DNA of 62,204 bases, filler included, from Chiloscyllium plagiosum (lineage: Eukaryota): the NCBI RefSeq assembly GCF_004010195.1. It is 3 parts of one record of this genome, joined end to end, with 100 filler letters (N's around TTAATTAATTAA, not from the genome) between each part and the next. Parts side by side here need not be neighbours in the genome. Positions count along the whole stretch, not along the records: positions 1 to 27,668 come from NC_057712.1; positions 27,769 to 50,457 come from NC_057712.1; 1 more part is not named here. The stretch is one strand, 5' to 3'. The first letter of the stretch is position 1; each line of letters opens with the position of its first letter. Under the pieces are notes generated by a model. It saw only the letters and a program-made list of their open reading frames with translations. It was not told the DNA's origin and ran no database searches. Made by a program: the position numbers and the translations under genes. Below are positions 25,521 through 38,454 of this stretch, piece after piece.

Positions 25521-26008
25521 CTTGTTACCCTGTTTGGAATCAAAGAGACTTGATTCAGTTCTGGAGCTCATCATTTCTGTGTGTCTGTGTTTTCAAAGCA
25601 GTTAGTCTGTACAAGCCCAGAGAACTCTGGATATCTGGGAATATTTAGGACTGGATCAAGGAGAAAAGAGAGATATCTCACAGGTACCAAGACAACAAAA
25701 CAACAGAAGTTCTACTTGAAATGCAGGGGGGAGCTCAAGGAAATAACAAAGAGATCAAAGAAGGACAGGAGAAAACGCTGATGGGCAAGATTAGGGAGAA
25801 TCTCAAGATATTTTACAAATATAAGAAAGGGAAGAGAATAACCAGGGAAAGAGTACAACTCATTTGGGACCAAGAGGGCAATGTGCGCATAAACTGGAGG
25901 ACAGTGGTTAAATGAGTACTTCACATCTGTCTTTACTCAGGTGAACAAGGATGTAAAAACAGAGTTTGAGAAAAACATAAGATGTAGGAGCTGACGTAGG
26001 CCATTCAG

Positions 26009-26149
26009 TTATAGAGTCATAGAGATGTACAGCATGGAAACAAACCCTTCGGTCCAACCCGATCATGCCGAACAGATATCCCAACCCAATCTAGTCCCAC
26101 CTGCCAGCACGCGGCCCATATCCCTCCAAACCCTTCCTATTCATATACC
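26009..26149 (-). mobile_element. HER1 3' tail, probably continuing at 27769-28125
   Basis: Inverted tail matching 15685 onward. Confidence 0.85.
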
Positions 26150-26169
26150 GTCCCCTCTGTCCCCCTATA

Positions 26170-27668
26170 TACTATAGGCCCCCCAATAGCAGCAGAGATG
26201 TGGAGAAACAGATTGGGAAACAGATTTTGGAAAGGTGCAGAAGCCACAGGGTCGTAGTCATGGGCGACTTCAACTTCCCAAATATTGATTGGAAGCTCTT
26301 TAGATCAAGTAGATTGGATGGGGCGGTGTTTGTGCAGTGTGTCCAGGAAGCTTTTCTAACGCAGTATGTAGATTGTCCAACCAGAGGGGAGGCCATATTG
26401 GATTTGGTACTCGGTAATGAACCGGGACAAGTGGTGGGCTTGTTAGTGGGTGAACATTTTGGTGATGGTGACCACAATTCTGTGACTTTCACCTTGGTTA
26501 TGGAGAGAGATAGGTGCGCACAACAAGGTAGATTTTATAATTGGGGGAAGGGAAATTACGATGCTGTAAGGCAGGATTTGAGGAGCATACGTTGGGAGCA
26601 TACGCTGTCAGGGAAGGATGTGGTGGAAAAGTGGAACTTTTTCAAAGAGCAGATACAACGTGTCCATGATATGTATGTACCTACCAGGCAGGAAAGAAAT
26701 GGTCGTGTGAGGGAGCCTTGGTTGACGAAAGAGGTTGAATGTCTGGTAAAGAGGAAGAAGGAGGCATACATAAGGTTGAGGAAACAGGATTCAGACAGAG
26801 CAGTGGAGGGATACAGGATAGCCAGAAGGGACCTGAAGAAAGGGAGTAGGAGAGCTAAGAGAGGGCATGAAAAATCGTTGGCGGATAGGATCAAGGATAA
26901 CCCCAAGGCATTTTATGCATATGTGAGAAACCTGAGAATGACGAGAACGAGGGTAGGTCCGATCAAGGACAGTAGTGGGAGACTGTGTATTGAGTCGGAA
27001 GAGATAGGAAAGGTCTTGAACAAGTACTTCTCTTCAGTATTTACGAACGAGAGGGACCGTATTGTAGAAGAGGAGAGTGTGAAATGGACTGGTAAGCTAG
27101 AAGAGATACCTGTTAGGAAGGAAGATGTGTTGGACATTTTGAACAACTTGAGGATAGACAAGTCCCCCGGGCCTGACGGGATATATCCTAGGATTATGTG
27201 GGAAGCAAGAGAGGAAAGTGCAGTACCGTTGGCAATGATCTTCTCGTCTTCACTGGCAACGGGAGTGGTACCAGGGGACTGGAGAGTAGCGAATGTTGTG
27301 CCCCTGTTCAAAAAAGGGAATAGGGATAACCCCGGGAATTACAGGCCTGTTAGTCTTACTTCTGTGGTAGGCAAAGTAATGGAAAGGGTACTGAGGGATA
27401 GGATTTATGAGTATCTGGAAAGACACTGCTTGATTAGGGACAGCCAGCACGGATTTGTGAAGGGTAGGTCTTACCTTACAAGTCTTATTGAATTCTTCGA
27501 GGAGGTGACCAAGCATGTGGATGAAGGTAGAGCAGTGGATGTAGTGTACATGGATTCTAGTAAGGCATTTGATAAGGTTCCCCATGGTAGGCCTATGTGG
27601 AAATTCAGGAGGCATGGGATAGAGGGAAATTTGGCCAATTGGAGAGAAAACTGGCTAACCGGTCGAAG
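26170..27668 (+). mobile_element. Young CR1 LINE ORF2 (APE C-terminus and RT N-terminus), open frame truncated by the gap
   Basis: Uninterrupted ORF 26200-27668: VVMGDFNFP, LDLVL, GDHNSV, KSPGPDG, PLFKKG, NYRPVSLTS, QHGF, YMDSSKAFD. Confidence 0.93.
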
Positions 27669-27768
27669 NNNNNNNNNNNNNNNNNNNNNNNNNNNNNNNN
27701 NNNNNNNNNNNNTTAATTAATTAANNNNNNNNNNNNNNNNNNNNNNNNNNNNNNNNNNNNNNNNNNNN
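27669..27768. other. Assembly spacer (44 N + TTAATTAATTAA + 44 N)
   Basis: Exactly 100 bp; the 12-mer has stop codons in all six frames; identical spacer at 50458-50557. Confidence 0.97.
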
Positions 27769-28125
27769 TCCAAATCATTTATGTAAATGACAAAAAGTAG
27801 AGGACCCAGCACCTATCCTTGTGGCACTCCACTGGTCACAGGCCTCCAGTCTGAAAAACATCCCTCCACCACCATCCTCTGTCTTCTACCTTTGAGCCAG
27901 TTCTGTATCCACATGGCGAGTTCTCCCTGTATATTGTGAGATCTAACCTTGCTAATCAATCTCCCATGGGGAACCCTGTTGAATGTCTTACTGAAGTCCA
28001 TATAGATCACATCTACTGCTCTGCCCTCATCAATCCTCTTTGTTACTTCTTCAAAAAACTCAATCAAGTTTGTGAGACATGATTTCCCACGCATAAAGCC
28101 ATGTTGACTATCCCTAATCAGTCCT
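27769..28125 (-). mobile_element. HER1/CR1 RT fragment
   Basis: GKSCLTNLIEFFEEV, DVIYMDFSK and GVPQG. Confidence 0.9.
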
Positions 28126-31100
28126 GTCCTTCAAGTCCGCTCCACCATTCGGTGAGATCAGACCTGATCTGATAATCTTCCAGTTTCCTGCCTTGGTTCC
28201 CTTACTGATTAAAAACCTGTTTATATCAACCTTGAATGTGTTTAATGACCCAGCCATGACAGCCCTCTATGGTTAAAAAAAATCCACAGATTTACTACCC
28301 TTTGGGAAGAAAAGTCCTCCTCATCTCTGTCTCAGAGGTACAACTTCCTTGTCCTGAGCCAGTACCAAAGAAACTAGACTATGAAGTTGTTGAGCAGACT
28401 GATATAACAAATGAGGAGATATATGTGGTTTTGGCAGATTTAAAATTGGATGAATTCCAGTTCTGGATGCATTGTTTCCCAGACTGTTGTGAGAACATTG
28501 GGAAAAAGTGACAGAGGCCAGACCCAAGTGTTTAAATCATCACTGAACACAAGGGAAATACCAAAGGACTGGAGGACAGCAAATGTGATTTCACTTTACA
28601 AGAAGGATGTTAGCGCTGGAAGAAGGAACTGTAGTCCATTGAGTATCATGTCAGCAGTAGGGAAACTATTGGAGAAAATGGTGAAACAGAAAATTAATCT
28701 CTATTTTAATTCTAGAGGGGTAACTTTTGATCAAGAATACTCAACATAGCTTTGTCAGAGGGAGCTGACAAGTCCTTCCTCTGTACTTAGCTGGTATGGG
28801 AATTGGTTTTGCGTTACTGGGTTTCAAACCACCCATGCAACCAACTAAGCTAACTGACCTACCATATTATTTTGAATCAAGTACAGTCATGTTTACTTTT
28901 CTGTTGGCAATGCAATGTATTCACTAAGAGAACAGTCCACAATACATTGCAATTAAAAAGAATGGGGTTTTACCACAAAATTTCCCTATGTCGGTTTTTT
29001 TTCTCGAAGTCCTAAACTGTAGCCCACTTATTCAAATACTTCCCTTTAATTTGTGTGAGTTTCATTTTTCCTTCCACTATTTGGGTAGCCTCGAAACATT
29101 CTTATGCTTTAGTCCTATGATTTTGTCTTTAATTAAAATTGGTTTTATACACAGAAATATTTAATTGCTGTTGTTTCCCAATTGCTACCTTGTTTTACAA
29201 ACTAATACTGCTGGCTTTGAGGTGAAGCGCAGCGTGTACCCGTCTGCTCTGCCTGCTTTTTTTCCTCTCGCTCCCTGCTTTAGAAGGGCTGAATTTTTAA
29301 CTTTGTTTCTTTATTTTTTCTAACTTATATCTAAGATTTTGTTCCTAGGCACCTTTGCACTAAAATGGTGACTTTGTACACTTTTCACTATCGTCATGTA
29401 TCCCTGTACTTGAGTACAGGTGATAATAAAATCTAGTTCTAAATAGGATTCCATAAGGTATAAAACACACAAGCAGCTATTCAGACCCACTCGTCTCCAC
29501 TTTCATTTATATCACTTGAGGTTCCTCACTTCTAATTCTGTCATACCTCAGAATTCCTTTTTTTTATTTGTTCATGGGATGTGCGAGGCCAATATTTATT
29601 GCTCACCCTAATTAGCTTCTTGAATGATTGCAGGCCTTGGGGTGTAGTGGCACTCACATTGCTGTTAGGCAGGCGTTCCAAGATTTTGACCCAGTGACAG
29701 TGAAGGACCAGTGACATAGTTCCATCTTAGGATGTGTGTGAGGCGATTTGCTGGTGGTGATGATCCCATGTGTTTACTCCCCTTGCCCTTTGAGATGAAT
29801 GTTCTCATGAGTTTGGAAGGTTCTATCTAAGGAGGCTTGCTCAGTTTCCACAGTGAGCATATTACTATTTCAAGAGAAGCAACTATCTCTGGCAAAACCA
29901 GCATTTTTTGCCCAATTCTCATTTCCTTGCAAAAGTGGCATGAGCCATTTTGTTTTTTGAATGACTTTAACCCATGTGACATAGTTGTTGTCAGGTAGGT
30001 AATTCCAAGATTTTAACCCAATAATGATTAAAAAAATTACAATATATTTCAAAGTCAGTATGGTGAGTGTCCTGGAATAGAGCTTTACAGATGGTGATAT
30101 TCCATCTTTTTCCCTTGTTGTAGGTGTTGGAGGCTACAGATTTAGTGACCTAACAAATGATCAGTATAGGTTTAGCATACCCTCATTGTTTTATATTCCA
30201 TGAATTTCAGTAAAATCCTAAATTTTAATATTTGTACACTGCAACTTCTGAAATGCTCACTGCTCAGAACTGGCACCCATGGTTAAGAATCTGGACATTT
30301 ATCTAGTTATGTATTCAACTCATCAATTTGGTTGTTTGTTTTCTGGATAGTGGATGGCAGTAATAGTATTTCTGAGAGAAGCTGTGAACTCCTGCTGCGT
30401 GTAATCTAATTTGCATCAATCTAATGACAATTGAGCAGTGAAATACTATTTGTGAAGGCAATGTGAATTACTATAAATCCCAATAAAATTAGTCGAGTTA
30501 GTGAAATTATTACAGCACCATAAATAATACTTGCTTCAATAGTTGTAGTATATCACCGATGAGGAATATGCTGAGATATTTTGGAAAAAAGGCATTAAAA
30601 TATGTTATTTAGTTGATAATTGCTCCTGTAAAGCATGTCAAAAGGTAATTGAAGCATTAGGAAAAAATTATGGACACCAGTTAGGCATCAGCAGAGAGAT
30701 GAGGTAATGAAATGTGTTTGGTACCGTATTTTTAGTTTTTGTATCTACTTTCACTACAACACCTGAATACGTACCCTGATAACTTGAACTCAATAACTAA
30801 TCAATCAAATCTTTCTCCCTTCACATTGCTGTTTCAAATAATTGTAACCTGTCTGATCATCATTGCGTGTTAGATCATGCCTTGCCACGTGTGAGAATCC
30901 TCACTGATTTTTCATTATTTTGTTTTTATTCTTTTATCCACTTTGAATTGTGAGCTGAAAATTACTTGTGAACTTTGGTATAGCTTATAGTACATGGAAC
31001 AGACTAAACAAGTGAGGCCAGGTCTGGAGACTGCTTTCAGGCTGATTCTTGATTGAAGGAGTTCCAACAAACACAAGGATGCTGGGAAGAGCATTGTGTT

Positions 31101-31173
31101 TAAACTGATAGCCAACTTCTGCTATTAATGAGGTCAGTGTCTGGGAATTGGTTTTGACAAATCTGGAAGAATC

Positions 31174-31500
31174 AAGATTAGAGTGGTGCTGGAAAAGCAC
31201 CACTTCTGCCTCCACAACACCCACTCACCTGCACACCGCCGACACATACTCTACGGCTCCCACTGTCACCATCCCTGCCCCCCCCCCCAGAATCCTGAGG
31301 GGAACATCACCCCTGCTAATGACTCCACCCCTATTCCCCCCACCACCACTCCCACTCCAGTTACAGGCTCCACCCCCACTCCCAACTCCACACCTATACC
31401 AGGTCCTAGTTCCCAGCCCTGCTGATTTTTCACCATCCCCCCCAGACCTCCCCCTCACTGAGGATGAGCGATCAGTCCTCAGCAAAGGCACCTCCAACAC
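31174..31500. mobile_element. Rearranged PLE fragment with 16-bp TSD
   Basis: CAAATCTGGAAGAATC at 31158-31173 and 31501-31516; insert is an inverted PLE terminus plus a + strand N-terminal ORF piece (PPDLPLTEDERSVLSKG). Confidence 0.8.
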
Positions 31501-32249
31501 CAAATCTGGAAGAATCCCTATATTCAAGCATATGGCAGATGTTGAATGGTAATTGAAGCCTTTCAAAGAGCTTATCAAGGCAGAAGCAGAATCAGAGGTT
31601 GTTTTTGAACTGTATTTTCTGGGAGATGATTCTTGGCTGCTGCTGAGACAGCATGAAATTTTGAATGCTCCTTGCCTATTCTGCTATGCCAGTTTCCCAG
31701 AGCCCAAAGAGTAGACAGCTGAATTAGAAGTATGCCTTTGCCTGGGTGAACTGAGGTGACCCTGAGCAATGTTTCAGTAAAGTAACCAAGGAATCCAAAG
31801 TTATGCCTGTAAAACACATTGTGAAAGCCATTTACATAATCTGACTAGTTTTGTTATTTTCTTTTGTTGATTCCTTAACTGTGTCTGTCTTTTGTGTGAA
31901 TGGGGCTGAAAATAAATGTTTTGGGTTGAAAGCATAGATGTTAATCAGCTTAACATTGTTGTTTCATTTTCTTTCTGCCAAAGTTATTGTGATTTAATAT
32001 ATTAAGTCTTTTGTTTAAGATACAAAGCTAGTGTCTGGAAATAAATTATTAACTAAGTCAAATTATTCACATAGGTGATTCAAAAGTCGGGCTAGGAACC
32101 AATGAATTGACTTTTTGGGAGTCTTTGATTTAATTTTACTGTGTTGCAAATACAGATGTAGAAAGGCTGGTTTAATTTGGCTGTCTATCTCAGTCCTGTA
32201 GTGAGTACTATATTTCTAATAAGTAAAATATTTCATTAGCTAATAATGA

Positions 32250-32680
32250 TCTAAAAGTTAAAGTTCTAAATTGGAATAAGACCAATTTTGATGGTATTAG
32301 GCCAGAACTTTGATTGGGCGAGGCTATTCATCGGTAAAGGGAATGCTCAATGACAACAGAAGTTAAGGCTGTGGTCAAGAGAAAGAAAGAGGCATATGTC
32401 AGGTATACATAGCTGGGATCAAGGGAATCCCTAAAGGAGTATAAGGACAGTAGGAGTATGCTCCAAATGGGAATCAGCAGGGCAAAAGGAGGACATGAGC
32501 TATCTTTGGCAAATAGGGTTAAGGAGAATCCCAAGGGATTCTACAAATACATTAAGAACAAAAGAGTAATGAGGGAGAGAATAGGGCCTCTTGAAGATCA
32601 GCAAGGTAGTCCATATATGGAACTGCAGGAGATGAGTGAGATACTAAACGAGTATATTGTGTCGTTGAATACTGTGGAGA
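32250..32680 (+). mobile_element. Older CR1 copy, first piece (resumes at 36370-36699, 38455-38630 and 38768-39170)
   Basis: RAKGGHELSLANRVKENPKGFYKY; the downstream pieces follow CR1 ORF2 order. Confidence 0.8.
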
Positions 32681-34930
32681 AGGTGAGGACTGCAGATGCT
32701 GGAGATCAGAGTGGAGAAGTGTGGGGCTGGAAAAGCACAGCAGGTCAGGCAGCATCAAAGGAGAATTGACATTTCAGACATAAGCCCTTCATGGAGCTGT
32801 GAGATAAATACAAGAGTGGGGTTGCGGGGGAAGGTAGCTGGGAAGGCTATAGGTAGATTCGGGTGGAGTGAAATAGTGATAGGCCGGAGGAGAGGGTGGA
32901 ACAGACAGGTGGGAAGGAAGATGGATAGGTAGGACTGTTCAAGAGGGCGGTGCCGAGTTGGAGGGTTTGGATCTTGGATGAGGTGGGAGCAGGGGAGATA
33001 AGGAAACTGGTGAAATTGATGTTGATGCCCTGTGGTAGAAAGGTCCCAAGGCGGAAGATGAAGCGTTCTTCCAACAGTAGTCGGATGGCTTGGATTTGGC
33101 GGTGGAGGAGGCCAGGACTTAGGTATCCTTGCGGAGTGAGAGGAGGAGTTGAAGTGGTCGGCCACAGGGCGGTGGGGTTGTTTGGTACGTGTGTCCCAGA
33201 GATGTTCTCTGAAACATTCTGCGATTTGGCGTCCTGTCTTCCCAATGTAGAGGAGACCAGATCGAGAGTAGTAGACGCAGTAGATGAGGTGTGTGGATGT
33301 GCAGAGAAATCACTGCTGGATGTGAAAAGATCCCTTGCATAGGACGGAAGTGAATGGGGAGGTTGAGTGCATGTTTACACCCCTTGCGGCGGCAAGTGAA
33401 GGTGCTGGGTATGAGGGGTATGGATCTAATGAGGGAGTCATGGGTAGAATGGTCTTAATGGAACACAGAAAATGATGGGGAGGGAAATATATCTCTAGTG
33501 GTGGGTCTGATTGTAAGTGGTGGAAATGGCGGAGGATAATGCGCTGTGTCTGGAGATTGGGAGGGTGGAAGGTGAGGAGCAGGGAGTTCTGGTTGTAGAG
33601 GTGGAGTTGCGGTTGGAGAGGTGGAGTTCAAGGGTGGAGGTGCGGGAAATGGAGGAGCTGCATTGGAGGGCATTGATAATCATGTGGGAGGGGAAATTGT
33701 GGGCCTTGAAATAGGAGGCCATCTAGGATGTCCTGGAGTGGAATTGATTCTCCTGAGAGCAGATACAATGGAGGCAGAGGGATTGTGTTTTTACAGGAGA
33801 GGGATGTGTGAGGTGGTGTGGTCCAAGTAGCTGTGGGAGTTGGTAGGTCTAAAATAGATGTCCTCGTTGAGTCGGTTGCTGAAAATGGAGAGGTCCAGCA
33901 AGGGGAGGGACTTGGCTGAGATGTTCCAGGTGAACTTAAGGTCAGGGTGGAAAATGTCAGTGAAGTTGGTGAACTGTTCAACCCCTCGGAGCACGAGGTG
34001 ATGCAGATACAGTCTTTGATGTAGTGGAGGAAAAGGTGGGGAATGGTGCTGGTGTAACTGCGGAAGATGGACTGTTCCACATATCCTACAGAGAGGTAGG
34101 TATAGCTGGGGCCCATGTAGGTGTCATGGCTACCACTTTGGTCTGAAGGAAGTGGGAAGATTCAATGGAGAAGTTTTTGAGGGTGAGGACCATTCTGCTA
34201 ATTGAATGAATGTGTCAGCAGGAATGGAAGAAACTGAGGCCGTTGCCATGATTGATGGACACATACAAGGACTGCATGTCCATGTTGGAGATGAGACGTT
34301 GGGGACCGGGGAAACAAAAGTCATGGCACAGGTAGAGGGTATGGGTGATGTCGTGAACATATGTGGGAGTTCCCGCACCAAGGGGGACAGAACAATGTTG
34401 AGATATGAGGAGATAAGTTCTGTGGAGCATGCGGATATGTTGGATAGGGGCACTCAGATTTGTAGATTTTGGGTAAGAGGTAGAACTGGGCAGTGTAGAG
34501 TTCCATAATTTTGAGGTTGGAGGCTGTGGATGGGTGATCCCTTGAGACGATGAGGTCGTGGAAGGTCTGGAAGATGTTGGTTTGATGGTGGCAGGTGAGG
34601 TCTTGGTCGAGGAGTCAGTAGGAGCAGGTGTCCATGAGTTGGTGCCTGACTTCAGAGGTACAGAAGTCAGTGAGCCAAGCTACCACTGCGTCCCCTTTGT
34701 CCGCTGGTTTAATTGTGAAGTTGGGGTTGGAGCGGAGGCAGTGGAGGGTTGCGCTTTGCGATGGTGACAGGTTGGAGTGGGGGAGGGGTGTGGCCAGGCT
34801 GAGGCAGTCAATGTCACGGCGGCAGTTAGAGATAAAGAGGTTAAGGCGGGTAACGGACCAGGCTGGGGTGCCCAAGTGGATGGAGTATCTTGGAGGCAGG
34901 AGAAGGGGTCCTCAGAAGGTGGGTGAGATT
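32677..34930 (-). mobile_element. Degraded Penelope-like element (RT + GIY-YIG), Neptune-like by motif style
   Basis: Minus-strand motifs KPADKG, FYLLPKIYK, DMQSLYVSI, MGPSY, YIKDCI, LIYC..GLLYIGKTGR and EERFIFRLGT; terminal repeat at 32677-32800. Confidence 0.88.
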
Positions 34931-34966
34931 CATGATGGAAAACGTAAGCACGGATACGGAAGTCGC

Positions 34967-36369
34967 AGACTGTCGAGCCAGGGAACTATAGACCAGTGAG
35001 CCTGACGTTGGTGGTGGGCAAGTTGTTGGAGGGAATCCTGAGGAACAGGATGCACATGTATTTGAAAAGGTAAGGACTGAGTAGGGATAGTCAACATGAC
35101 TTTGTGCATGGGAAATCATGTCTCACAAACTTGATTGAGTTTTTTGAAGAAGTAACAGAGCATTGATAAGGGCAGAGCGGTAGATGTGATCTATATGGAT
35201 TTCAGTAAAGCATTCGACAAGGTTCCCCAAGGGGGATTGATTAGCAAGGTTAGATCTCACTGAATACAGGGAGAACTAGCCATTTGGATACAGAACTGGT
35301 CAAAGGTAGAAGACGGAGGGTGGTGGTGGAGGGTTGTTTTTCAGACTGGAGGCCTGTGACCAGTGGAGTGCCACAAGGATTGGTACTGGGTCCTCTACTT
35401 TTTGTCATTTACATAAATGATTTGGATGTGAGCATAAGAGGTACAGTTAGTAAGTTTGACACCAAAATTGGAGGTGTAGTGGACAGTGAAGAGGGTTACC
35501 TCAGATTACAAAAGGATCTGGACCAGATGGGCCGATGGCAGAGAAATGGCAGTTGGAGTTTAATTCAGATAAATGCGAGATGCTGCATTTTGGGAAAGCA
35601 AATCTTAGTAGAACATATACACTTAATGGTAAGGTCCTGGGGAGTTTTGCTGAACAAAGAGACCTTGGAGTGCATGTTCATAGCTCCTTGAAAGTGGAGT
35701 CGCAGGTAGATAGGATAGTGAAGAAGGCGTTTAGTATGCTTTCCTTTATTGGTCAGAGTATTGAGTACAGGAGTTGGGAGGTCATGTTGCGGCTGTACAG
35801 GACAGTGGTTAAGGCCACTGTTGGAATATTGTGTGCAATTCTGGTCTTCCTATCAGAAAGATGTTGTGAAACTTGAGTGTTCAGAAAAGATTTACAAGGA
35901 TGTTGCCAGGGTTGGAGGATTTGAACTATGGGGAGAGGCTGAACAGGCTGGGGCTGTTTTCCCTGGAGCGTCAGAGGCTGAGGGGTGACCTAATAGAGGT
36001 TTATAAAATTATGAGGGGCATGGTAAGGATAAATAGACAAAATCTTTTCCCCGGGGTTGGGGAGTCCAGAACTAGAGGGCATAGGTTTAGGGTGGGCAGG
36101 GAAAGATATAAAAGAGACCTAAGGAGCACCTTTTTTATACACAGGGTGGTACGTGTATGAAATGAGCTGCCAGAGGAAGTGGTGGAGGCTGGTACAATTG
36201 CAACATTTAAGAGGTATTCGGATGGGTATATGAATAGAAAGGGTTTGGAGGGATATGAGCCAGGTGCTGACAGGTGGGATTAAATTGGGTTGGGATATCT
36301 GGTCGGCATGGACGGGTTGGACCGAAGGATCTGTTTCCATGCTGTACATCTCTATGACTCTATGACTCT
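34967..36369 (+). mobile_element. HER1/CR1 LINE, RT to tail
   Basis: GNYRPVSLT, DFSKAFD and GVPQG.VLGPLLFVIYIND; tail ctctatgactctatgactcta. Confidence 0.92.
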
Positions 36370-36699
36370 AAATAAATAATGATACCTTGAAAAGTGTCCA
36401 GAGGTGGTAGTGCTGGATGTCTTAAAGACTCATAAAGGTGGATGAATACCTTGGACCTGATCAATTGTATCCCAGAATTTTGTGGGAAGCTAGGGAAGTG
36501 ATTGCTGGATCCACTGCTGAGATATTTGTATCATTGATATCTGTGGGTGAGGTGCTGGAAGACTGGAGCGTGACTGCTGTGGTGTCATTACTTAAGAAAG
36601 GTGGTAAGGAAAAGCCAGGGAACTAAGACCAGTGAGCATGACGTCAGCGGTGGGTAAGTTGTTTGAGGGGATTCTGAGAGATAGAAAAGACAATGACAT

Positions 36700-38454
36700 C
36701 CTGGACAAAGCAGAGTACAAACAAAAAGCGCAACAACTACTTGCAGATACCACCACCTACCAAAAGAGGGAGTTTGACCCCACCCCACAGCTCACCAATA
36801 GGATAAACAGCACACTGAGGAACCTACAAAAAAACGGACAAATAACCAGGTTTGACCTACAAAGAATGAAATCTGAAAGCAACAATACCCCCAGATTCTA
36901 TGGACTACCTAAAGTGCATAAACCAGACATCCCACTCAGACCCGTAGTATCACTACCAGGGACACCATCACACAAACTGGCTAAAGAACTGCAGCAGAAA
37001 CTGAAACACCTGATCAGCGGATCCAGACACTCTATACAGTCAACACAGGAATTCTTGGACATCATCCGAAATATACACATAGACAAGGAAGAAACTATGG
37101 TCCCATTCGATGTAACGGCACTGTTCACCTCTATCGACAAAACACTAGCCAACCTGCTGGACGTACAGAACAGACAACAAAACGGGGAACCTATCAACAA
37201 AGATTGCATACTCAAACTACTGGACCTGTGCTTCACAACACACTTTACATTCAACAACCAAATATATGAACAAATCAACGGCATACCCATCTCTGGACTC
37301 ATAGCAGAAGCAGTAATGCAAAGGTTAGAACAAACAGTCTTACCGCAACTTCAACCCAAACTCTGGGTCAGATATGTAGATGATACCTTTGTAATCATTA
37401 AAAACACAGAAATAGAGAACACACAGCGGATCATCAATGCCACAGTCACAGGAATCCGATTCACTAGAGAGGAAGAAAAGGACAACCAACTCCCATTCCT
37501 CGACGTGATGGTACAGAGAACGCTGAACGGAGAATTCACCACAAAGGTATACAAGAAAGCCACACACACAGACCAAGTCCTAAACTACGAAAGAAACCAT
37601 CCCAACACACACAAAAGAAGTTGCATCAAGACACTGTTGAAAAGGGCCACAATACACTGCAGTACACCAGAACTGCAAAGAGAGGAAGAAGAACATCGTT
37701 ACCATGTATTTGCCAAAAACTGATACCCCTGCAATTTCATCAATAGATGCCTAAGGGAAAGACAACGGAATGAGGACATGCCACAACCCAAAGGACTAGC
37801 CTTACTACCATACATCAAAAACATTTCTGAACTGACAGCCAGACTACTGCGACCACTAGGACTCATAACAGCACACAAACCAACAGCCACTCTCCGACAA
37901 CAACTCACCAGGACGAAGGACCCGATACCCAACATGAGCAAAACCAATTTAGTGTACAAAATCCCATGCAAGGACTGCACAAAACACTACATAGGACAAA
38001 CAGGAAGACAGCTAACGATCCGCATCCATGAACACCAACTAGCCACGAAACGACACGACCAGTTATCCTTAGTAGCCTCACACTCAGATGACAAGCTGAC
38101 AAGCAATATGAGTTCGACTGGGACAACACTACTATTATAGGACAAGCCAAACAGAGAACAGCCAGGGAATTCGTAGAGGCATGGCACTCATCCACAGATT
38201 CAATCAATAAGCACATCGACCTGGACCCAATATACCGGCCGCTGCAGCGGACAGCTGGAGCTGACAACCGGAAGCGGCAGATACGAATCACTATAAATGC
38301 CAGAGGAAACATCACAGAAGCGCTTCACGGGAGGCTCCCAAGCACTGAGGATGTCACCTAGACAGGGGACGAAACATCTGCAACACAAATTCCCAGCTCG
38401 GTGAACAGGACCACAACAACAAGCACCCGAGCTACAAATCTTCTCCTAAACTTT
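36700..38454 (+). mobile_element. 5'-truncated Penelope/Poseidon-like element (RT + GIY-YIG) with 13-bp TSD
   Basis: FYGLPKVHK, FDVTALFTSI, WVRYVDDTF and VYKIPCKDCTKHYIGQTGR; TSD AAGACAATGACAT at 36687-36699 and 38455-38467; few disablements. Confidence 0.93.
38342..38381 (+). ncRNA. Minimal type I hammerhead motif in the PLE 3' terminus (stem III CpG-decayed)
   Basis: GCA-CUGAGGA-u-GUCACCU agac AGGGGAC-GAAA-CA-UC-UGC. Confidence 0.7.

Noticed and set aside
27713..27724. TTAATTAATTAA palindrome centred in N runs (also 50502-50513)
   Set aside because: Identical 44+12+44 layout at both gaps with stops in all six frames: an artificial scaffold spacer, not biology.
31148..31578. Pro-rich and Gly-rich ORFs suggesting a host gene
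   Set aside because: Low-complexity reading of the TSD-flanked PLE fragment; no splice or homology support.
36632..37723. 363-aa ORF that looks like a CR1-Penelope fusion protein
   Set aside because: Chance in-frame junction at a TSD-bounded PLE insertion; the ORF ends at a premature stop before the GIY-YIG domain.
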